Below the pieces are notes generated by a model. The model had not been told where the DNA came from. It did no database searches and saw only the letters and a list, made by a program, of their open reading frames with translations. From Octopus sinensis (taxonomy: Eukaryota), in the NCBI RefSeq assembly GCF_006345805.1, contig NC_043006.1, forward strand, positions 11,966,001-12,030,000: DNA of 64,000 bases. The letters are read 5' to 3'. Below, in pieces: positions 24,640-39,431 of this stretch. The translations under genes and the position numbers were made by a program. Within the stretch, counting starts at the first letter, position 1. Every line of letters begins with the position of its first letter.

Positions 24640-25973
24640 AGTCATTCTCCAGTGAAAAAATAAAACGTACAACTATATGATAAAACATACCACTGTATGA
24701 TATACTGTTCTGAAAGCATCAACTTGGATAAAACGTCACTGTGATATCATTAAACTATGTCATGCACTATAGCAATATCATCAATCTATATAATATACAA
24801 TATAGTTATTATCGAGCTATATAAGATACTACAATGATATCACCACACTATATAATATATGTTATTTCGACACAATATCTAAATACTGTCGTGATAGCAT
24901 CAACATATGTAATATACTATAGGGATGTCAGTTGAATATATAATATACTATGGTGATATTATCAAACTATATAATGTTCTATAGTGATACCAAAACTGTT
25001 ATACTGTAGTGACATCATTAAGCGATACACCAGCTCCAAAATAGACTGGATATATATATAAAGATTATCTTGGAAAAAGCTGATGTTACTAGGTAACAGT
25101 AGAATGTTTCGTATTATATTTAAAGGTGACATTTATCTAATTTCGTATTAAAGCAGCGTTGGTTTTGCTTGTAATAATCTACTGCCTTATAAAATAATAA
25201 CAGTAAAGTACTTCCTGACCACAAAAGTCCTTCTCAGTAAAACCTGAAATTGTGGATAATAACTTTGTATGATTTTCCAACGCTGAAGAGTATTGATAAC
25301 TGAAGAAAATGAATGAAGAAAAATGGGAATGAAATACATGGATTGTTTGCAGATTTTCACATTCAAACCAAAACCACATCAATCAAAGTCAACTGTTACA
25401 TAGCTGACATCCCAAACTTTCAAACTAATCACTAAAAAGGCTCATAACGAGTGGCTTAGCTGCAATAAAGAAATCCTTTTCTGAAAATTTTACATTTAAA
25501 ATTTCCCCCCACTAAGCCTTTGAATTAAAAGATAACATGTTTTAAATCGTTCATGTAAATATAATGGATGTTTTAATCGTATTATCCAATGTAAAATATA
25601 TTTACGTTCAACCCGTGTGTAGAAATAACCATTTTCGCTTTAAACCGATGTAACAAGTTCATAGATGAGCAACTCGGTGAAGTTATTTACGATGTCAATC
25701 AAGATTGTTACAGCATATAGTTTCATGACATTGGCAAATAACGTATGAGTTAGTTAATGTTTCTGTTCTCACTATACCCCATTAATCATCTCCGACGTCA
25801 GATCTGTGTATAAACAGTTGTGTAGAGCCGCTGGTGATCATAGTTCATGACAGGATAGACACATCACTTTTTCATGGATCGATATTCAAAAACGGAAATA
25901 ATATCTCTATAGGATGAACGTACAACACAACTCAAGCGACACATACTCATATGAATGTATGTGAATATACATC

Positions 25974-26004
<31 letters not shown>

Positions 26005-26005
26005 T

Positions 26006-26048
<43 letters not shown>

Positions 26049-29000
26049 GTATATATATATATATTAATATATATTATATGTGTGTGTGTGTGTGTGTATA
26101 AATATATATACACATATATACATACACACGTCTGTTTTTTATATATATATATAATAATAATATTATATTATATATTATATATAATATATATATATATATA
26201 TATGACAGAATACATACATACATACATACACCCACATGTCTGTATGTATGAGACAACATGTAAGCAAATGATAGTAATCTTTATCGAAATCAGCCATGCC
26301 TCATAAAGGCACTTGGCAATGAGATCCTCACTCTGCAGAAGAGCAATAGATATGTATTAAGCATTTAAAGCCGAATACAAATGTAAAAGGGAATAATATA
26401 TTCCCTTCATGAGAAATTAGACAGGCGGAAAATATAAGAAAGCATAATGTTCATCACAAACTAATAAACGTTGAGCATGAATTATCAACAAGTGGTTAAT
26501 TTGGCTTCTAAATATTCCAAAAGTTAAACTATAAAATATAAAATGCAACATGCAAAAGTTTTGTGGCCATTCAGTTTATGAAAATTAATCGATATGTTTA
26601 TAAAATATTCCGAAAATGACACTATCTATTTTCCAGGGAGCGAGTAGGGAGTTCAAAATGAAGAGCCGATACGCATAGTTAATAGGGTTAGCTTTAAAAA
26701 AAAATGTTGAAATGCCCGCATTAGACATTAGAATATTTCCGGAGTGCTCGTAAAATTATTACAGAATAGCAACATTAAGTAGTGATTGCCAATTAGCTCT
26801 TCACACAAACCTATTAAATTAACTAAAAATAGGGTTTTCTTTGAACTCGACAAAAATGTGCCCGATTGAAAGGGAGATAATGGAAAGGATGACACGGATG
26901 CTGTTTACAGATAGATGGAGTGCAATAATGGTGAGAGAGGCGAATTGAAAATTTCTGGCACAATGGTACTACAGCAGCTTATCTCATGTTTTATGGCATT
27001 CAACAAAGCTTATGTGTATTATAAATCGTTTTATGTATAGGCCCCGGGGGAACCTAACATCTACAAGTTACTTAGATGTTGGTTAGAGATTCCAGTCTAA
27101 TGTTAAAACTATATATATATGGGATGTGATTTATTATGAATATGAACACAAATACGTAACAGACGGCTAAACGTTTGGTAATTATACAACACTTGATTTT
27201 ATGATGACTAGCAATTTAATACAGCTGCTGCTATTTAATTAATGAACACTTGCGTATTTCTTTTGTTTCTGTGATACTTGACACACATTCACATGCTATA
27301 TGTTAACGAAATAAGTTATTTGAAGATATATTCCATATAATTATAGAGTATAAATAATTTATTTTTGAAATTACACTCAAATCACGAAAAGCGTTAATCT
27401 GCAACTAAAGTTTTACTTTATTATGCTCTCAATTCATAGTTCAACATAAAATGTTATTGCAATACGAGCAGTAGTGTATATAGTGTGAGGCAAACGAAAA
27501 TGACGATGTAGTTTCAGTACCACGTACTTTTCAGTTAAGGATGCATCGCTCAGAAACACCGTCCAATATTCTTTTGTAAACAAAAACAAAAAAAAAAAAA
27601 AAAAAATTACGGAATAACAAACGCAAATAAAGAAATTAAACGATCGAAGAAAACAATACTAAATTCTGAGCAAATTATCGGTGAGGTAATTTAACTTATA
27701 TTACTTGTTAGTATCAGTATATATCACGCACAGACTTTACTGAGATATTACCTTTCTATATCTAATAGAATAGTTATATTCCTGTGAATTTATAAGCAGT
27801 AAGAAAAATATATGGAGTGATGTGATCTTTAGTCTCAACACCTCTTCTTTCTAATCTCAAACACAGGTTTTTTTTTTTAGACAATAAAACAAATGTAATT
27901 GCAACACATTAACGACACAACGATTCAATGTGAATTAAATCTGTTGATGTTTCAGTTTGTCCTTCGTGGGTTGGCTATTCCTGAGAAAGGTATTTTTTTA
28001 CGTTAATGTCGTAGATAATAACTTCAAAAATACACATCAAGAGTTTATATACTCTCTCCTTGAAAATACACATCTTGTGTCTAGTCAAAAGACTCCAGAA
28101 TTTCGGTTTCCCATTTAGGCTGATTTTTTTTTAGATTTGAGGAAGAAAAGTCGGTTCAAGTATTTGACGATATATCGATTCAAATATTTAGCGATACTAA
28201 TTTTATCGATTTTGGATTTTGTTCTTGGCGGAATTCGTACTGTAAAAATAAAACCAACAACTACAATGTGTTTTTCAGGACGCTGTACCGAATCTGCCAT
28301 GCTACGACAACGCAGAAAGCAAATATATTGAAATATTAAGCCAGAATTCTTGAAATAGTGTTGTTAATGCAGAAATTATGTATTTTTACAATTAATCTGA
28401 TGACATTCGTAAAACGAAGGTATTTCAAAGCGACAGAAACATCATAATAACCAATGTATGAGTAATGATATAAAGGCCAATGACCAATGGGAATTGTCAA
28501 AAAGTGCATTTTGCATATTTAGCAAAACAGCAGGATAAAAAGTGACATTACTCCCTGTATTGTCTATACCTTCGATATAGAAATATTTCTTGTTCAATGT
28601 AAGCATATTTCTTAATACTTCTTTCAATATTCTCTGAGATTCTTATTTCATGACATCAAAAAGGTCGTAACTAGTGCCATAAATTCTGACTACCATCATA
28701 ACTGGAATATTTTCTCAATTTATTTTGAAGAAAAATATTTGAATGTTGCCGACTTTATGAATAGTTTCAACAATTGATGCAAAAGAAGCAACCGCATTTT
28801 CAGAACGAAAGGTATAGACTTGCTTGCGAATTATTACTAGCAAAAGGAAATATTTCTGTCAATAATAGAAAATATCTCACTGTTTCTACTGAGATGTTAC
28901 ATTCTTGTGATATGTAGATAGTGGAAGTGTTCTCTAATGAAACGTGCTAAAAAAATATAACAACACATGAACTTTCCTCTTCAGTTGACACATACCCTAA

Positions 29001-29614
29001 CATATATGATATACCTGCAATAAATAGTTGCAAACCGAATATAACATGTCATGTAGAGGGCAGATATCGTTCATTGCTAAAGATGCAGGCAGCTTTATTG
29101 TGATATTGTCATAAAATTTAAAAACAGAGCAAAAATAAGATATTTCTTTTACGTGAGGTAGTAAATTCAAATACGAAAAGAAAAGCTATCGTGAAGTAAC
29201 ATACTAGAAACAGCAGTAAAATCCCTTTACAAATCTATTCTAATATATTTTTAAAAAAACAAAAGGAATAAATTGGAAAAAATACATCTGATGCAGTCTT
29301 CTATGTCGTTTCAAGGTTGGAATGCTTTTTATCATAGATTGGCTATTCCAAAAAGCACTAATGTTGTTTCAATACTAATATTATTTCATTAATAACCAAA
29401 TTATATTTTGCCGAAATTGAAAATTATTTTATTGTTAACAGAACAGTGCATGCATGTATTCTGTGAGAAAATAACACATTTTGTACATTCCAAATAATCA
29501 TGACAGTAAACTAACGCCCATCACCTCGGACAGTTGCAACCGTGGATATACATAAGTACTTACATAGTTCCATATGTATGTGATTTATACAGAAACATAA
29601 TTATAACATTAATG

Positions 29615-29645
<31 letters not shown>

Positions 29646-30578
29646 TTGTGTATGTGTATTGATATCTATGGTAAACATTTAGGTAATTTATGTAAATATA
29701 TTTATTTAGTGATAGGGATCTTATACACAACATAGCAGAGCTAAACTCAATTTCAGATAAAGTCGTAAAAAATTCCAGACAATATCATGAAGGCAAAGCA
29801 GTATGATGAAGGGAAAAGCCCAAAGCCTCAGGCTATAGACAGACAAAATTTATGTCAAATCTAATCATATTCAAAAGTTGATAACTACAGCATTTACAAA
29901 CAGAGTTAGTAGACTGTGTATTGATTTGATGATATTAGTGATCGATAATGTAGCTAATGAAAACTTTAATACGGATGGAAAGTCCTAATTTACTAAGATT
30001 GATCGTGCTATTGTATTCTAGTGAAGTGATCACTCAGCACAAATAGGAGTGGCGGAGATCAATCGACAAAAATACAACAGAGCATACCACTCAGAATGTG
30101 TGATCTTCTCATACATATATAACAGATGATTGGATATTATTCGTATGTGAAACGTGAATAATATAATCACAAACCAACAAGCGAAATTTAATATTCGCCT
30201 TTCTACCGGAATTTTCAAGCGGACATATTGTGAGACATAACAATTTTCAAAGAGTAACATTTAACACAAAATAAGTATGTTTTTAAAAGAATGTTGTAAA
30301 TTTGAGGTGGGAAGTGGCAACCATTAGTTTGCTTTAAGTCCCAAAGCAGGATATCTAGATCATACCATGAAGGATCGAACCGAAAGTATTTCAATTAATT
30401 CTTGATTAAGATCTTGGATGTAAGCAACAAATAATAAACGATCAAGTGATTTATCACAGTGGTTTTCATATCAACAATGCACAGTCCCTTAACGTGCAAG
30501 AAATAACTCTCAAATCCACCTCAAAATACAGTTTACCTGAACACAAATCAAGGACATCGGGTAACATGGGCCAATATA

Positions 30579-30643
30579 TCTTTATATATAAAAGAAAGGT
30601 TGTGTGTCTGTCTACTCCAATTTAAATTCCTAACTACTCCCAC
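30579..30643 (+). mobile_element. probable Helitron-type 5' end running into the assembly gap
   Basis: A|TCTTTATATATAAAAG... resembles the 5' ends at 52057 and 36972. Confidence 0.4.
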
Positions 30644-30743
30644 NNNNNNNNNNNNNNNNNNNNNNNNNNNNNNNNNNNNNNNNNNNNNNNNNNNNNNNNN
30701 NNNNNNNNNNNNNNNNNNNNNNNNNNNNNNNNNNNNNNNNNNN
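30644..30743. other. assembly gap (100 N)
   Basis: Exactly 100 N; true size unknown. Confidence 0.99.
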
Positions 30744-30958
30744 TTACTGCGACAGACCAGTGTTTCGGAACCTGCAGAATGTATACGTCACAGAAACCTG
30801 AAAGCTGGTTCTAAGACTCTGTATGACTCATATGATTCATGAAGAAGTTTTATCCTTTATCACATGCATACACACACATGCATCCATCCTTCCATCCATC
30901 CATCCATCCATCCATCCATCCATACATACATACATAAATATATATAATATATATATAT

Positions 30959-30995
<37 letters not shown>

Positions 30996-31243
30996 GTACG
31001 TATGTATGTGTATATATATATTTACATGTATATATATATATAGGTATATATATATGTATATATGTGTATATATACATAGAATCAGTATATGCATTCACAT
31101 AGATGTATGCATATATAAATTCATAGGCACATATAAATATGTACGTATATATGTATGTATAGATGGGTGTGTGTGCGGAGTATACATGTATATACGCACA
31201 CGCAAAAACGACAATACACACACACCACAATACACATACACAC

Positions 31244-31316
<73 letters not shown>

Positions 31317-31629
31317 TATATTTATACACACAATCGTATAGAGTCAATGCATATCAAAATAGATTAGATTACTTATCTATGAATAGATAAGTTCAAATTC
31401 ATTGATCAAGTTAAAATCGTACTGTATCCCTTTCATGGTATCTTAGGGCACGAAGCACTTTCTTTCTCTTTGTTTAACTTACCTACCTGCTGGACTAAGC
31501 AGCAAGATTCCTGGGAAATTAGCCAATATGACTGATCACCCATTCATCATCCCTGATTATGTATCATCAATCAATTGTCTCTATGACAGCAAAGTGCAGG
31601 ATACACGTTTTATATATTCATAAAAACGT

Positions 31630-31681
<52 letters not shown>

Positions 31682-31839
31682 GTATATATTTATATATGTA
31701 TACATGGATGTAGATGGCGCTCTAATTCTTTGTTGCAATTCGGAACGTCTCTCGTACTAGGAATTCAAATAATTAAAGAAAGAAATCTACCATATATATA
31801 TATGTATATATTATATGTAATATATATATATATATATGT

Positions 31840-31914
<75 letters not shown>

Positions 31915-31945
31915 TGTATATATATACATAATTTATGTATTTATG

Positions 31946-32028
<83 letters not shown>

Positions 32029-32292
32029 GCCATGCACACATATACTTACATGTAAATCTAATCAGACTCGTTTATATTCGTATATACATGTAGTCATGGC
32101 AATATATTAAAATAAGACGAAGCTTCAGATCAACGAAAATATACGCATATATATGAGCCTGTGTAGACGTCTGTACGCACGTGCGTATAACCATACAAAT
32201 ACGCATATATATAGCACAATATTCATATATGTATGTATATTCATATAGATGCATATCTACCTATCTCACTCCTTCCATGCGCACGCATATAA

Positions 32293-32340
<48 letters not shown>

Positions 32341-32363
32341 ATCTATCTATCTATATATATATA

Positions 32364-32394
<31 letters not shown>

Positions 32395-32480
32395 GTGTGT
32401 CTGTGTCTGTGTGTGTAGAAAGAGATAGTGTGACCATGACAAGAAAGTTGTTATATTGATATACACACACACATATATAA

Positions 32481-32555
<75 letters not shown>

Positions 32556-33140
32556 TATATACATATATGCATTTCTCTGCGTACGTGCTTACGTGTGTGT
32601 ATGTATGTGTGTACGTGTGTGCGTGGATGTTTAGGGAGCTTAGGGTGGAATGTAATGAACTTACAAATCTCTATTTCCTGTTGTTGTTTTGATGGGCGGA
32701 CAAAAGGTTAGACTGAGGTTACGGAACCCAAAACCTGTGAGAGATCAACAGGTTAAAGGCAAATATATGATGTTAACTAGGGAATACTAGATGCGATTTT
32801 AGAACATCTCACCACTTTTTACATATGTGTGCGTGTGCTTGTGAGAAATCATGGTTTATGCATGCATTCATACGTCCGCATACGTATAAATCAATGCACA
32901 TCTATATGTATACATGTATATATGTGAATATATAATAAATATATAATATATATGTATATACATATGAGTGTGTGTGCGCGTGTGTATGTGTGTATGTAAT
33001 CTTGTAGTTGTTTCAGGCATTAAATTAAGGCCTAGTTGAATGAGTGCGTGTATGAATGCATGCAGGTATATATATGTGTTTATTTTGTGTGGTGTTTGCG
33101 TATGTGTGCGCGTTTGTGTGTATTTATATATGCGTGTTTG

Positions 33141-33183
<43 letters not shown>

Positions 33184-33248
33184 TATATATATATACATAT
33201 ATACATCTCTCTCTCTCTCTCTTATATATATATATATATATATATATA

Positions 33249-33300
33249 CTAGCAGTATTGCCGGCTCGTGCGCTCGTGCGTTCTATGCACGCGCGAATTA
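33249..33300 (-). mobile_element. Helitron-type 3' end fragment
   Basis: Minus strand CGTGC-ATAGAAC-GCACG hairpin ... GCCGGCAATACTGCTAG|T; terminal GCAATACTGCTAG shared with 36586. Confidence 0.5.
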
Positions 33301-34127
33301 AGCTAAACTTGGATGAAGTTCAATCACAATTCAATTATTTTGGTTTTAAAATCAAGCATTTAATGCCCTCTATTTTTCTGCTTATGTGTTCCATTTCCTC
33401 AATAGGAAGTAAGTAGAAGCGTTTCATAAATTTTTGTTGATCAAATAATTGCATTGTTGAATTATTCTTTTAGATCAGTATTTCTCAACGGAGATTTCAG
33501 GGGGGGGGGAGTTGCAAGGAGTCGCTGGCGATGTATCGTGATGATCAAAAATCCGGCCAGCTAAAGTTTGGTTAAAGTGATTCAAACTGCAGACTCAACG
33601 CAAAATGGTCACATTTAATTCAAAGCGTTAAAAATGTTATGAAAACAATTGGTATGTGTTCACAAAGTCCAAACGATTAATACGAAAAATCCCTCCAGGC
33701 TACATCCCGAAAACTCATTTATTTGCCGAATTTCTACAATATTTACGGCGATTCGTTTTTATATCTTGATTTTTTTTTATTTTTCATGCAATTTACGCAT
33801 GCTTGCACGCGTGGTGAACACAGTTCACGTCAAACAGCTGACTGAGTAAAGTTCACTATTCAATGCATGGGATGAGACCCAAACAAACACATCATCAATT
33901 TTTGCACTTGCAAGATGAATTTCGGAACAGAATTAGCGCAGTTCAATTTTCATTCGCCTAAACTTTAAGTGACCCATTTTTGGTGGTTCTACGATTTGTT
34001 GGCTATGAGGAGATGTGCCGGGAAGTTAAACACACAGACACACACACAGATACACACACAGACATACAAGTTGAGTTTTATATATATAGATATATGTAAT
34101 ATACATACATACACACACATATATACA

Positions 34128-34618
34128 CAGGGTGTCTCGAAATTAAGGCAACCAATGTTTCGGGTTTTAATAACTTTCAATAAATTTGATAAGATATGAA
34201 AATTATACATCACAATAAAAGCTTGGTGTGTTCTCTTATTGTTTCAGACTAAATGAATTCAGATTTTAAAATTAGCCAATGGCTATAGACCGAAATACAC
34301 TGATAACCCTCCTCAAAGGAGGTGAAGGTAATATGGCTATAGCAAAAAAGCATAAAATTAACCGAAGAACAGTCTGGAAAATTGTCAAGAATTTGCAGGT
34401 GACTGGTTCCAGCGCTGATCGACCGAGACGTGGCCGAAAACGTGCCAGAGATCAGTTACAGCGAAATCCACGTCGTTCCGTCAGGAAACTGGTTGTCGCA
34501 GCAAAAATAAGCCGAATATCGTTGTATCGACTGCTAAACGAGGATGCCAGGACCCACCCCTACAAGATAATTCTTATTTACCAACGAAGAAAGGTTACAA
34601 CAAAAATTAATTCAAAAA
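34128..34618 (+). mobile_element. Tc1/mariner-superfamily transposon 5' remnant (TIR + HTH DNA-binding region)
   Basis: CAGGGTGTCTCGAAATTAAGGCAAC end; ORF 34279 MAIDRNTLITLLKGGEGNMAIAKKHKINRRTVWKIVK...DRPRRGRKR...RNPRRSVRKL has paired-like HTH and a GRPR-like motif; no catalytic domain. Confidence 0.8.
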
Positions 34619-34863
34619 CGCGCCCTTTTAAAGCCTAGCCAGGCTCATGGGCCCGGTTTCGCGGTTTCAATGTATGGGTTCCCCAGCTGGACGGGACGCC
34701 AGTCTATCGCAGCGTTACTCATTTTTGCCAGCGGAGTGGACTAGAGCAACGTGAAATGAAGTGTTTTGCTCAAGAACACAACGCGTCGCCCGGTTCAGGA
34801 ATCGAAACCACAATCTTACGATCATGATGCTGACACCCTAACCACTAAGCCACGCGCCTCCAC
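34619..34863 (-). mobile_element. SINE head D + CORE-like domain + tail 2 (full length)
   Basis: GGAGGCGCGTGGCTTAGTGGTTAGGGTGTCAGCATCATG head; GTTGTGTTCTTGAGCAAAACACTTCATTTCACGTTGCTC core; GCGATAGACTGGCGTCCCGTCCAGCTGGGG tail. Confidence 0.92.
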
Positions 34864-35298
34864 CAATTAAATGTAAACGAAATCTAATTACTGGAACCAG
34901 TCTATGACTTTAAAGCAAAGTAGATTTGATTAAAAGTTTTTTTTTTAATTTTGTTTATAGAAAATATTTCACGCAAAATACGTCAAATTTCTATCGAAGT
35001 ATTTTCTCCAGCTCCTCACTTCTCATAATATCCATAGTCTGTGTAACATATTTACCCCTAAGTATGTGCATTAATAATTCTGTTTTCACTTTTGTATTTC
35101 AGAATCTGGGCAGTATTCATTACACATGTTACCCTTCACATGTTGGTAACTTTGGAAGTAAACTTTTGATGCCATGGGTTTTATCAGGAACTATGGCGTA
35201 CATACAGTAATTATGAAGAAACTTTTATTAAATTTCTCGAAGCTTGTACAATATCTTGAAATAAATAAATCCAAAAAGAAAAATTATTTATTATCTGT

Positions 35299-36112
35299 TT
35301 CTTTATTACCCATAAGGGGCTAAACATAGAGGGGACAAACAAGGACAGACAAACGGATTAACTAGAGAAGGTAACGGCAGAAGAAATACCTATTTCTTTA
35401 CTACCCACAAGGGACTAAAGACAGAGGGGACAAACGGATTAAGTCGATTACATCGATCCCAGTTCGCAACTGGTACTTAATATATCGACCCCAAAAGATG
35501 AAAGGCAAAGTCGACCTCGGCGGAATTTGAACTCAAAACGTAATGGCAGACGAAATACGGCTACGCATTTCATCCGGAGCGCTAACGGTTCTGCCAGCTT
35601 GCCGCCTCTTAAAATTATTTATTATCTTAAAGTATAACAAATTTCTCATCTGTGTAAATCTTACTGCTCTGTCATTTACTTCCCTCCTTCACCTCCACCC
35701 GATTCGTTATTTCTCACTGCATCTCCTTTTTTTAATTTTTTTTTCTCTGTACTCCTTTCTCTTTACCCTGTATAGCGTGACTAGAGAATCAATCAATCAA
35801 TCTACTAAACCAATAAGCAACCGAGCAACCAAACAAGCTACCACGCCACCAGGCAACCAAGCAACCAACTAATATTTCTTATTTCTTTATTGCCCACAAG
35901 GGGCTAAACACAGAGGGGACAAACAAGGTCAGACAAACGGATTAAGTAGATTACATCGACCCCAGTGCGTAACTAGTACTTATTTAATCGACCCCGAAAG
36001 GATGAAAGGCAAAGTCGACCTCGGCGGAATTTGAATTCAGAACGTAACGGCAGACGAAATAATGCTAAGCATTTCGCCCGGCGTGCTAACGTTTCTGCCA
36101 GCTCGCCGCCTT
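35299..36112 (-). mobile_element. cluster of three family C (tail C1) SINEs: tail only 35299-35360, full 35391-35607 and 35874-36112
   Basis: Each matches 9772-10005. Confidence 0.9.
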
Positions 36113-36585
36113 TTCTATATATTTCTATATGCTAAAATTTTATAGAGATTCTCAAGTTTAGTTAATTTGGCAATTCGTATAATAGATTTGTCAGATTTGT
36201 TTAATCATAGCATATATTTGGAAGCTAGCTAACTTCATAAGCAGCCTTTCTTCGTTTGACCCGCTGGGTAGAATCCTTTGTAAATCGTTTCACCTAATCG
36301 ACAAAGATTAAATGGTTATACTTTCTACTTAACATTTTAAACTATTGATGGTTTTATTCAGGATATATGTAATCAGAATGTGATCAAGACAGAAAAGTAG
36401 CGGAGCCTAAAGCGTCTCCTTGAAACGTTGTTCTCACGGACACAGAGCTGGGGTTCATTAATCTTCTCTTTGCCTTGTAGCAACGTAGTTGTTTTGTATT
36501 TTGACATTGCATGGTGAGAATATAGTTCTTTGAGAATGATGTGAAATGTATTTCAATCTACGCCATGCTCTGTTTTTATTTTATA

Positions 36586-36972
36586 CTAGCAGTATTGCCC
36601 GGCGTTGCTCAGGTTTGTAAGGGAAATAACTATAAAGCATTTTTAGAGAGTTATAGCCAAAAAATAGCAAAAAAATGGAAAAAAATGATGGTAAATTTTT
36701 TTTTGAGATTTAAAAAAGGTGGAGTTGCGTCCCCTAGATAGTTTGTGGTTTGTGTTTCTCATTGTCGACCCCATGTCGAATTTATCGATTTTTTTCAGAA
36801 CTGGGGGAACTTTTCAAAATTTTCGCTGCGTTAGTTTTGAATTATGACATTGGGCTATGTGTGTGTCAAGTTTCATCAGAATCGGTTGAAAGCCGTGGTC
36901 AGGGTGAGGGTACAAGCAAACATACACACAGAAACACACACAGACAAACTGCCGTTTATATATAGAGAGAGA
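36586..36972 (-). mobile_element. complete non-autonomous Helitron-type element
   Basis: Minus strand A|TCTCTCTCTATATATAAACGGCAG ... CCTGAGCAACGCCGGG hairpin-CAATACTG-CTAG|T; no TSD; homologous to 52057-52310. Confidence 0.85.
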
Positions 36973-37879
36973 TTCTCATTTTACTCTCCTATTCACAGGT
37001 AGTCCCCCCCCCCTTTATAAACATACCGCATTTCCTGGCATCATTTATTTTTCTATGGTTCGATGATATTGGTTTCCAGGTGAACAGCATGAGTATTTTA
37101 AATATGTAAGAGTTTTGCTGCTTATAGTCACACGAGTTACAGTTTCGTTTAGTAGAGTCTCTCTTACTTTCATTTCTCTTTGTAATCATTATTGTTTTCC
37201 TCTTCATCCTACCACTTCACAGAATGCTGCTGATACAGATTCATGAATACTGGTTTGATTCTTCGACCAGAAAAAAAGAAGAATTTCTCTGTCTTGAGGA
37301 TTTCCAATTCCTTGCATCTTTCACCGTGTTGCTAACTTCCTATATACGGTGGGCCTTGTACGTGTTATTCTAATTTCTTTGTTAGCTTTTTCCTTTCTTA
37401 TTCACCAAACCCATATCAACACATGAACGCTTAACGTTCCATTGATGTTGGTATGACGTCCACTGTTACGTCTCTTTCTTGTTAATAGCATTGCATGATG
37501 TTTCGCTACTACATCAAGTACCTTGTTCTCCTGTAAGAACTCGTATTTATCAAAGTGCCTTGTCCTGCAAGCTCCTTTGCTGATAAGATTTCCTTAAGCC
37601 TTTCTTTTACTTGTAGAGTTTCTTGCTTTTATTTCTGTTACATTAATCCTATTGGACTCTTTCTTTTTGCTTCGCTGAGAGATCTTACCGGTTTGGGTTT
37701 TAATTTTATATAATATATTTTGTGCATGCGTTTGTACTAAGATCCGGCTGAGCAGGGTATGAATGAGATAGGATGGAACCCTGCTTCTTCCATTACTACT
37801 GCAACTACTTGATCGAATAGATCACTGAAGCTGTCGATATTCTGGTAGTTTGTGAATCCCACAATACATATCTATTGCT

Positions 37880-38300
37880 CCTGGGGTTTTCCTTGATCCA
37901 TGCTGATCAATTTTGTTATTTTTCTGCTTTCCTTGGTGTTTCGGTTGAATTGCCTTCAGTATTAACTCTAGTTCATATGTTCTGATATGTTGTTATTCTG
38001 TTAATTATTAACTTTGTTGTCGAGAACGCATGCCTGTTGCGACTGGATATTTGGTTGGATATTTCCGAGGAGATTTGCATGATCTTCCTCAATAATTTGG
38101 TGCTTGCTTCTATTTTCTCTGAACTTATTTCATTTTGCTGTAATAGTTTGATTTTCGCTCCTTGCAAAAAATTCTTGCTATTTTTATTTTACTTTGAGGG
38201 GTTGTACATACAGTATGATGATGATGTTTTTGTTGGTTTTAATCTCCTTTCAAGTGGATTAGTGAAATTTCTTGCAAACCTTACATTGATTTATGAGGGT
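37880..38300 (-). pseudogene. possible LINE apurinic-endonuclease remnant
   Basis: Weak motifs in expected order (MYNP, IIEEDHANLLG, KIDQ, GIHKL) with many disruptions. Confidence 0.25.
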
Positions 38301-38336
38301 TTACTGTTTGTATAGAGCTGTATGTTTTAATTTTAG

Positions 38337-38700
38337 CAGAGGCGCAATGGCCCAGTGGTTAGGGCAGCAGACTCGCGGTCGTAGGATCGCGGTTTCGATT
38401 CCCAGACCGGGCGTTGTGAGTGTTTATTGAGCGAAAACACCTAAAAGCTCCACGAGGCTCCGGCAGGGATGGTGGTGATCCCTGCTGTACTCTTTCACCA
38501 CAACTTTCTCTCACTCTTACTTCCTGTTTCTGTTGTACCTGTATTTCAAAGGGCCGGCCTTGTCACTCTCTGTGTCACGCTGAATATCCCCGAGAACTAC
38601 GTTAAGGGTACCACGTGTCTGTTAATTTCACGAGCAGGCTGTTCCGTTGATCGGATCAACCGGAACCCTCGTCGTCGGAACCGACGGAGTGCTTCCATCC
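38337..38700 (+). mobile_element. SINE head B + tail 4
   Basis: Head as 6837; tail GGGCCGGCCTTGTCACTCTCTGTGTCACGCTGAATATCCCCGAGAAC...ACCCTCGTCGTC. Confidence 0.9.
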
Positions 38701-39007
38701 CATCTATGTTTTAAATATTATTTTTATTTCTAGTGAATTTCTTCTGCGAGTTTTTCTTCCTCGTTCTCTATTTAGTATCTATTTATTATTTGTCATGTAT
38801 CTCCGTTCGTTCGCAGATGTTCTCGTATTGTATTTCCTTACATATTTTGTTCTTCATAAAGCATAATCGTGCTGGATATAGTACCTTTGTAAATATACTT
38901 GTATCAATTGAACGCATGTTCATTTGGCCAACATATTCTTTTATTTTTATATTGGTAACTTTTAGCAATACGATGTGAAGAATCTTTGCGCGAAAATAAA
39001 ACCTTTG

Positions 39008-39431
39008 GGATCTTTTCGATTTGAACGGCAGTTTTTTTCTAGCGGTGTCATATGAAATTGTCACCCATAATTATGACCCTAGTATCGATCTATTGCATTT
39101 CAATCTATTTTGGGTTTAGGGTTAAGTTAGAGTTAGGGGTGGGGGAAGGGTATCTTTTTTTTTGCAAATGTAAATAAACCCAATCTGTTTCTTAAACGAG
39201 GGACATTCATACGGCACAGAATGTTTTTTACCTCAATAGACGCCATTGATTGGTTGAAATTGCAGAAATTGCAGAAAAAGAACAACAAATATCTTACAAA
39301 CTATAGAATTTTCTCAATAAATCCAAGAGAAAAAGATGTTTTATAAACACATTCTATCAGTATACGAAGTTTAAAATTTGTTAGTTACCTAGAAATTATG
39401 TTAAAAACTGCCGTTCACACCGAAAAGATCC
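39008..39431. mobile_element. MITE (non-autonomous DNA transposon), 29-bp TIRs, 8-bp TSD
   Basis: TIRs GGATCTTTTCGATTTGAACGGCAGTTTTT / AAAAACTGCCGTTCACACCGAAAAGATCC; AACCTTTG on both flanks (39000-39007, 39432-39439). Confidence 0.92.

Noticed and set aside
29757-29864. Acceptor followed by 35 open codons (KVVKIPDNIMKAKQYDEGK...)
   Set aside because: Expected occasionally by chance in 64 kb; no partner exon or homology.
30600-30842. ORF spanning the N run
   Set aside because: Artefact of the assembly gap; sequences on either side may not be adjacent.
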